DNA of 61,725 bases from positions 1 to 61,725 of the IMG/VR virus record IMGVR_UViG_3300043409_000886; one strand, 5' to 3'. The notes under the pieces were generated by a model, which saw nothing but the letters and a program-made list of their open reading frames with translations, was not told the origin of the DNA and ran no database searches. Of this stretch, positions 56,464 through 61,725 are shown in pieces (position 1 is the stretch's first letter; the number at the start of each line of letters is the position of its first letter). Origin of the DNA: a virus (Duplodnaviria > Caudoviricetes). The position numbers and the translations under genes were made by a program.

Positions 56464-58029
56464 TTATTTGTTAAATCCTAGTTTGCTTTTAGCGTAGTTG
56501 TAACCGCTTCCAAGACCCTTTGCTACCCCCGTCATTGCGGGAGGTATGGCTGCGCCAATCAAAGTATTTGCGAGTCGGCTCGATTCTTCCCCGGGTTCTT
56601 TTATGGCGCCCAAAGCGCCCCCACCCAGTGCTTGCGTCAACATCCGAGCTTTCATCAACGCCATCAAGGTGGGGTCTACAAAACTTCCTGCAAGCTGACC
56701 GCCTAACGCCGCGTTGAGAGAGAGGTCCTCAGATATTTGTTTTGCGCTTGACGCCAGTGTGGATAAATCTGATCCCGTTTTTCCCTGCAGCTGACGTCGA
56801 AAACGTGCAATGTCACCAAGCCCAGCCAATGCTCCCGCCCCCACCCCAGTTACCGCGCCGGCAAGGTGCCGGGCGTTTGGTCCCATGTTCTCATCAAGCC
56901 ACTCCCCAGCCCATGTGCCGGGGCTGCTCTTTTTTCTTTCAGCCTCCGTGCTTGCCTTATCGTGCGCAACTAACTGGCTGTAAAGCTCAGGCGGAAAGCT
57001 ATCAACCTGCTTGCCCTCGGCGTAGCGGTTGTTCACCATCAGGTCGGCCTGCATGTCGCGGGGGGTGATGACGCCGCCCCCGGCGTAGTGGTAGTGCGGG
57101 ACGCCGTTCTCGTCGTAGGTTACTTCCTTTGGCTCGGGGGCCGGGCGGTTGCGGCGCTTCGCTATCTTGGCCGCCTCACGCTCAAACTCCGGCAGCGCGG
57201 AGGGGACCTGCCCGCTCGCGAGCGCCATCTCATCTTTGAGATTTTCGCGGTAGTTCCCGGGTCTGAGTTGTGTGTACGACTCCGGGATTCCTGTTGCCCG
57301 GGCGTTTTCGCGCCACTCGGGCATGCCCACCCGGCTCTTAGGGCGCTGCAGCAACACGTCCCCAATCTCCTGCCCGGTGAAGTTGTGCCTCGCCGGGTTG
57401 AACGCGGCGATGAGGGCGTTCATCTCGTCCTCGTTGGGGTTCCTGCCCGTCTTCTCGAGGAAGGCCTGCTTCAGCTGCCCCCCAATGTCGCCCTTGCCTC
57501 CCAGCTGCCGGGCTATGACGTCTTCTGACTTTTCCACCATCCACTCGGCGCCGGGGGTCAGGCTTGTCTTGGGGGCGCCCGCGCTGCGGAAGCCGCCGAC
57601 CTCCTCGCCGACCATTTGGGCCACTTTTGGGTCGTTTATGTCCATTGTATCGGGTGCGAAGTGGGTGCCCTTCACGCCGCGGCCGAAGGCCTGCTGCGTC
57701 AGGAACGGGTCACGGGCGTAGATCGGCGCCATCTCGGTGTTTATGTTCGGGTCGACCCTCAGGGCGTGCGCGGCGCGTGCCTGCGTCACGGGGTCCGTCT
57801 TGGGGGTGTACTTAGGCTTCGCGAACTGCTGGGCGTGCTGCTGGAGCTCCGCCATCTCCTGCGCGTGCGGGGCGCGGCCGGCTGATTGGGTAAAACGCTT
57901 GACGGCCTCGTCCATGAGCTGCTTGACGCCCGAGGATACATATTTACCAAACACCTCGCGGCCCCCTGCGTAGTGCGGGAGCCCAGCCATCTCCATCATC
58001 ATCTGCTTCGGGGTCTTGAAAGGTGTCAT
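56464..58029 (-). CDS. Modular virion protein between terL and portal
   Basis: HYAGG/YAGGG/YAEG linkers; own promoter. Confidence 0.6.
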   Translation of the reverse strand: MTPFKTPKQMMMEMAGLPHYAGGREVFGKYVSSGVKQLMDEAVKRFTQSAGRAPHAQEMAELQQHAQQFAKPKYTPKTDPVTQARAAHALRVDPNINTEMAPIYARDPFLTQQAFGRGVKGTHFAPDTMDINDPKVAQMVGEEVGGFRSAGAPKTSLTPGAEWMVEKSEDVIARQLGGKGDIGGQLKQAFLEKTGRNPNEDEMNALIAAFNPARHNFTGQEIGDVLLQRPKSRVGMPEWRENARATGIPESYTQLRPGNYRENLKDEMALASGQVPSALPEFEREAAKIAKRRNRPAPEPKEVTYDENGVPHYHYAGGGVITPRDMQADLMVNNRYAEGKQVDSFPPELYSQLVAHDKASTEAERKKSSPGTWAGEWLDENMGPNARHLAGAVTGVGAGALAGLGDIARFRRQLQGKTGSDLSTLASSAKQISEDLSLNAALGGQLAGSFVDPTLMALMKARMLTQALGGGALGAIKEPGEESSRLANTLIGAAIPPAMTGVAKGLGSGYNYAKSKLGFNK

Positions 58030-58066
58030 GGCGCCGTCGTTGTGGTTGTTTGGGTACCTATAACCA

Positions 58067-58094
58067 CTTATGCAAAAAATCAGGGGTTACCGCC
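58067..58094 (-). promoter_or_regulatory. Phage promoter class GGCG-N18-YATAAG
   Basis: GGGGCG-N18-CATAAGT. Confidence 0.7.
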
Positions 58095-58129
58095 CCAGAT
58101 ATTAGGCGTAAGCGCCCGTAGAGCCTAAA

Positions 58130-59563
58130 TTACTGGGCGTACGGGTTCACGCGCTTCCTGCGGTCGTCCGCGTACTCGAAGTCCCTCGCCGGGAGCATGT
58201 CAAGCTGGAGCCACCCGGAGTCTCGGAGGATGCGCAGGGCCTGTGAGAGGCTGTCGACGTAGTCGTCGTGCCCCCCGGACTCGGGGAAGGAGCAGACTTG
58301 GCGCATGAACCGCTTTGACCAGTCCGCGAACTGCCCCGTGAGCTTGGCGTCCTCGGGTATGTAGATTTTTCCCTTCGCTATCAGGGGGGCCACGATGTTC
58401 ATGCGCTGCACCTTGTCCGAACGGCCGGGGTTGTACGACCTCACCGCTATCCCGGAGCCTTGGAGCTCCTGTATCAGGGATATGCCGGCCGACTTGTCCT
58501 CGATCAGCGCCAAGTCCGACTTGCGCCCCTTCCCGAACGTGTTGTCCGCCCCGTACACGACCTCCTTGTGGTCCGCGATGACGCGCTTCCTCAGCTCGGG
58601 GTAGGACATGTGGGCATCCCACGCGTCGAGCAGGATGGCGCACGTCCCGACGTCCTGATTCTCAAATATCCCCCACACCGTGCAGGCCGTGGGGTCGTTC
58701 TGGGTCTTCTCGGAGGTGGCGGGGTCGTAGCTTGCGATGACGTACTCCAGTTTGGGCGTCTCCCTCTTCGCGGGCCACATCTTGAACCACTTCCGCTTGA
58801 CTATCCCCACGTCCTCGGGGTCGAGCACCTTCCCCTCGATCTCCTGTTTCCCTAAGTCGGTACCCTCGTAGCTCTCGAGGGCGTTAAAGAAGCTCTTCGA
58901 CAGGTTCGCGCGGTTGGCGTAGGAGGAGACGTTGACCATATACACATTACCCCCCACCTTGCCCTCCACGAGGTCTACGATCAGCTCCTTGGGCTTGGGG
59001 GTGGTGGTGATGATCTGTTGCACACTCGCGAGGCGGGGGTCCTTCAGCCTCAGGGTGAACTGAATCTGGTCGTAGGAGTCGTCTAGGTACTCCCACGCCG
59101 CCAGCTCGTCAAGGTGCGCCCCGTGCCACTGGCTGCCGCGGTACCGTTCGGGCTCGGAGGCCGGTATGCCGCGTATCAAGCTGCCGTTCTTTAGCTCTAT
59201 CTCAAAAAGAGATTTATTGTAGCTCTTTATCAGGCTTGGGGGGATGATGTTTAGCAGCCCCGAGTCCCCCTCGAAGTTAGTCGCCCTGATGTCTGAGCTT
59301 GTGGGGGCCGCCACAAGCCACCGGGTGTTGCCGAACATGGCCGCCCGGAGGCCAATCCAGTTAGAGGCTGTGTGGGTCTTGCCCGCCCCCCGGCCGGCGC
59401 ACATAAAAAAGGTGTCGTACTCCTCCTCGGGCTCTTTTTGGTGCGGCATGGCGGTCAGCTCCCACCTCACACGCCATAGCGCAAGGTCAAGCTGCTCCTT
59501 GGGCCAGTGTTTATTGAGCTTTGCGAAGGTTGCTAAGGTTTTTTCCTGATTTTTGGTCAACAT
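58130..59563 (-). CDS. terL: Terminase large subunit
   Basis: Walker A AGRGAGKT, Walker B HLDELAAW, TTTPKP, nuclease SYDPA and HDDYVDSLSQ; ATG at 59563 overlaps the upstream stop. Confidence 0.92.
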   Translation of the reverse strand: MLTKNQEKTLATFAKLNKHWPKEQLDLALWRVRWELTAMPHQKEPEEEYDTFFMCAGRGAGKTHTASNWIGLRAAMFGNTRWLVAAPTSSDIRATNFEGDSGLLNIIPPSLIKSYNKSLFEIELKNGSLIRGIPASEPERYRGSQWHGAHLDELAAWEYLDDSYDQIQFTLRLKDPRLASVQQIITTTPKPKELIVDLVEGKVGGNVYMVNVSSYANRANLSKSFFNALESYEGTDLGKQEIEGKVLDPEDVGIVKRKWFKMWPAKRETPKLEYVIASYDPATSEKTQNDPTACTVWGIFENQDVGTCAILLDAWDAHMSYPELRKRVIADHKEVVYGADNTFGKGRKSDLALIEDKSAGISLIQELQGSGIAVRSYNPGRSDKVQRMNIVAPLIAKGKIYIPEDAKLTGQFADWSKRFMRQVCSFPESGGHDDYVDSLSQALRILRDSGWLQLDMLPARDFEYADDRRKRVNPYAQ

Positions 59564-60558
59564 ACGGCTATGAATCCCTCCCCTGCAAGAAACGTGCCAC
59601 CCGCCTCGATGTGGATGCAGGGTTCTGGCTTGAACGTGTACACTTTTTTGATAAATCTGCGCATGTGACGGGGTACCTGTCGTTTTTTTACACGATTTTC
59701 GACAAGTTCGATGTCCGTCCTGAAGGTCAGGCGCCACTGCCGGCGGTACTGCACCTCAAAGAGGCGGGTCTTTATGCCCAAGGACTCACAAATTCCTTGC
59801 ACCCGGGTCAGGAAGCGCCAATCGGGGTCACGGAACTGGTACTCGTCCTCCTCTTGGACGTAGGTGTAGGGCTTGGCGCAGATTATGCCGCGCAACAGGT
59901 CGTGCCTCTGCTCCAGCGACCCCCTGAGGTACTCCTCGGGTATGACGGTGGGTATCCTCGCGTAGTTTGTCAGGAAGGCGTTGGGCACCTTGGGGGCTAT
60001 CTCGTAGTAGGGCTTCTTCTTGCGGAGGGTCCTGTAGCCAAACCCACGCAGGCGCTCGGTGACGTACTCGAAGTTGCTCTCGTGCAGGGGCAGCTTGCGG
60101 CTACGGCCGCGCCTCCCGAACCACAGACCCACAATAAACGGCGGGACGGGAAGGTCCCGGGTGGGGTACTGGAGTGGCTTGGCGTTGGGGATGGAGTACT
60201 GCGCCCGGCCGTCACGGTGCAGCAGCCCCTCCTCCATCAGCTCGGGGGCGGTGCGGCGCTTGAGTGCCCGCGTGAAGTGCGTCCGCTGCGCCCCGGGCCG
60301 TGCCCGGTAGGCTAGGTGCTCGCATAGGTTGATGCGGTACTTCTTGTCCTCCAGATGCAGGGCCATGTTCTTGTCGCCCTGCACCCCCAGACCGTCGTCA
60401 AGCTCCACCCAGAAAGTCTCAGCAGGGGTGTAGGCCTGCACCAAGGTGATTTGCTTGGGGAGGCCGTCCGCCCCGAAGACGTAGTCCCCGATCACTAGGT
60501 CGCGGGCGCTCATCCACGCCCCGGGGGTGGGTATCAGGGTCAGGGCGCTAATGGCCAT
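59557..60558 (-). CDS. Free-standing degenerate intein (Hint + LAGLIDADG-like), no exteins
   Basis: AISALTLIPTPGAW...DLVIGDYVFGADG.P; LPVPPFIVGLWFG; IPEEYL.GS.EQR.DLL.G; CIHIE..TFLAGEGFIAVC*. Confidence 0.8.
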   Translation of the reverse strand: MAISALTLIPTPGAWMSARDLVIGDYVFGADGLPKQITLVQAYTPAETFWVELDDGLGVQGDKNMALHLEDKKYRINLCEHLAYRARPGAQRTHFTRALKRRTAPELMEEGLLHRDGRAQYSIPNAKPLQYPTRDLPVPPFIVGLWFGRRGRSRKLPLHESNFEYVTERLRGFGYRTLRKKKPYYEIAPKVPNAFLTNYARIPTVIPEEYLRGSLEQRHDLLRGIICAKPYTYVQEEDEYQFRDPDWRFLTRVQGICESLGIKTRLFEVQYRRQWRLTFRTDIELVENRVKKRQVPRHMRRFIKKVYTFKPEPCIHIEAGGTFLAGEGFIAVC

Positions 60559-60742
60559 ACCTCACCCGCATACGTACCGCGTTACTGACGCGCGCCCTCT
60601 CGGAGGCCGCGGGGGAGAGCCAACGCTCCCCGTAGTACCCGTCAGACCGAAGGGTGCCGGTGTAGTTGAAGAACACGTACCCATCCTGCCGTATGTCACC
60701 GCGGCGGTATGGCCTGCCAGTCCGTAAGCTGTTTCGTTTCAT
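60548..60742 (-). CDS. Small protein homologous to the N-terminal domain of the HNH endonuclease (likely leaderless)
   Basis: TG.P.R.GD.R.DG..F..Y.......G...E.WLSP shared with 9038-9787. Confidence 0.7.
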   Translation of the reverse strand: MKRNSLRTGRPYRRGDIRQDGYVFFNYTGTLRSDGYYGERWLSPAASERARVSNAVRMRVRYGH

Positions 60743-60748
60743 AACCTA

Positions 60749-60776
60749 CTTATACAAAAATGTGTACACACCCGCC
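60749..60776 (-). promoter_or_regulatory. Phage promoter class GGCG-N18-YATAAG
   Basis: GGGGCG-N18-TATAAGT; ATG 6 nt downstream. Confidence 0.7.
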
Positions 60777-60839
60777 CCAGCCAAAGTTTATTTTCATACC
60801 AAGGGGCGGTTTTACGATTGTAAGGGAAGTAACAGAAGA

Positions 60840-60968
60840 CAGGGTCTAAATGAGTTACTCCCAGTATATTATTTATCTTTTTAAATTTTAAATTAAATAA
60901 ATCAAATATACTATCACTACCCATACTTAACATACGCAAAACTGTCGACTTCTCGACACCTGTGTACA
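60840..60968. repeat. Inverted copy of 9950-10079
   Basis: Reverse complement matches apart from the AT-rich core and one substitution. Confidence 0.9.
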
Positions 60969-61029
60969 CAAATGTCAGATAAACGCAAAACTTTTGTGGA
61001 GCGCAGTTTGGAAAATACGCTCCACAAAG

Positions 61030-61521
61030 GTTAGTGAGCACTAACTAACATAACCAAACAGTACGCAAAAGTACCGGGGAAGTGTCGCATTTCGCGTATG
61101 GCTTGAACTGTGGCGCTCCGCATAAACAATATTGTTTATGTTTTAAAGCCTCGGCAGTTCTAAACAAGTGACAAGGTTATGCAACATCTGGCTCGTAACC
61201 GTGGGTGCGCATGGCAACAAGCCCAATGTTATCGTGCGCCGGCAGAGTAACCTGTGTACACATTTCTCTTTTTACTCTGCAAAAATTACAAAAAAATTTG
61301 TAGGGGGTCGAGTTTCGTGGGGGAATTGGACGGGCTTGGTATCTGTGTGGGGCCCTCCCTCTCGCCGTCGGGTACCTCAAAAAGGGGTGTCGGGTTATCA
61401 ACAAGCCCCCCTCATAGGTTAGTGAGTACTCACTAACTGATAGTGAGCCCTAACTGGGGATGTGGGCGCTCACTAACTGATAGTGAGCCCTAACTGGGTA
61501 GGTGAGTGAGTGCTCACTTAC
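61030..61521. promoter_or_regulatory. Cluster of SlmA-binding-sequence-like palindromes
   Basis: GTGAGTACTCAC at 61422-61433 and variants at 61034, 61443, 61462, 61483, 61506. Confidence 0.7.
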
Positions 61522-61533
61522 AAAGCGGCGGGC

Positions 61534-61570
61534 TGGCACGCATCTTGCTAGGCAAGCAAGTATCGTGCCA
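61534..61570. promoter_or_regulatory. Convergent pair of sigma54 consensus sites
   Basis: TGGCACGCATCTTGCT (+, 61534-61549) and TGGCACGATACTTGCT (-, 61555-61570). Confidence 0.75.
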
Positions 61571-61584
61571 AGGTGGCTAGGCCG

Positions 61585-61725
61585 GCGGGGCCGCCGTATT
61601 GGCACGCATCTTGCTAGGCAAGCAAGTATTGTGCCAATCTGTTTGGCGCGCGTTGGCACGCATCTTGCTAGGCAAGCAAAGACCGTGCCAAGGTGGCACC
61701 GCGGTGGGCCGGTGGGAAAGTGGGC
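61585..61725. repeat. Terminal overlap with the window start
   Basis: Equals 1-195 minus one 54-bp unit. Confidence 0.9.

Noticed and set aside
56758-56766. Perfect DnaA box (TTATCCACA on the - strand)
   Set aside because: Single copy inside a CDS; compatible with chance.
59564-59737. N-terminal extension of terL given in the ORF track, or a frameshift fusing the intein to terL
   Set aside because: The extension overlaps the intein gene and looks non-protein-like. ATG 59563 is coupled to the upstream stop, no obvious slippery site lies at the junction, and the intein lacks the terminal His-Asn.
61585-61725. Terminal repeat as a physical direct terminal repeat
   Set aside because: Its 141-nt length and break inside a tandem repeat fit an assembly overlap better; cannot be decided without reads.
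1-61725. Lysogeny module
   Set aside because: No integrase, CI-like repressor or ParA/ParB was recognised; absence judged by eye only.

Overview
The window appears to be a complete, circularly assembled ~61.5 kb genome of a tailed dsDNA phage. It looks podovirus-like (no tape measure or sheath seen, several ejection-type proteins), and I found no integrase, so it is probably lytic. The host is probably a proteobacterium (inference). The last 141 nt repeat positions 1-195 minus one 54-bp unit. The + strand carries an early cassette region (441-8985) and a replication block (10300-23358): primase-helicase, SNF2 helicase, Cas4-like nuclease, SSB, Tad2/DUF2829, class II RNR and PolA. The - strand carries packaging, morphogenesis and lysis genes (60742-23362). 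The most unusual signals are: (1) an apparently split sigma factor, with regions 1.2-3 at 5226-5798 and a separate region-4-like gene at 15230-15547, alongside a strictly spaced promoter GGCG-N18-YATAAG at 8 sites; (2) a non-coding hub across the contig ends with a phased cluster of SlmA-type (nucleoid occlusion) sites and nine head-to-head sigma54 consensus sites; (3) an extein-less, degenerate intein gene coupled to terL; (4) a recurrent [YF]-[AK]-x-G-G linker that marks module boundaries in five virion proteins; (5) a ~130-bp inverted repeat bracketing the early region. All protein calls come from motifs recognised by eye, not from database searches.
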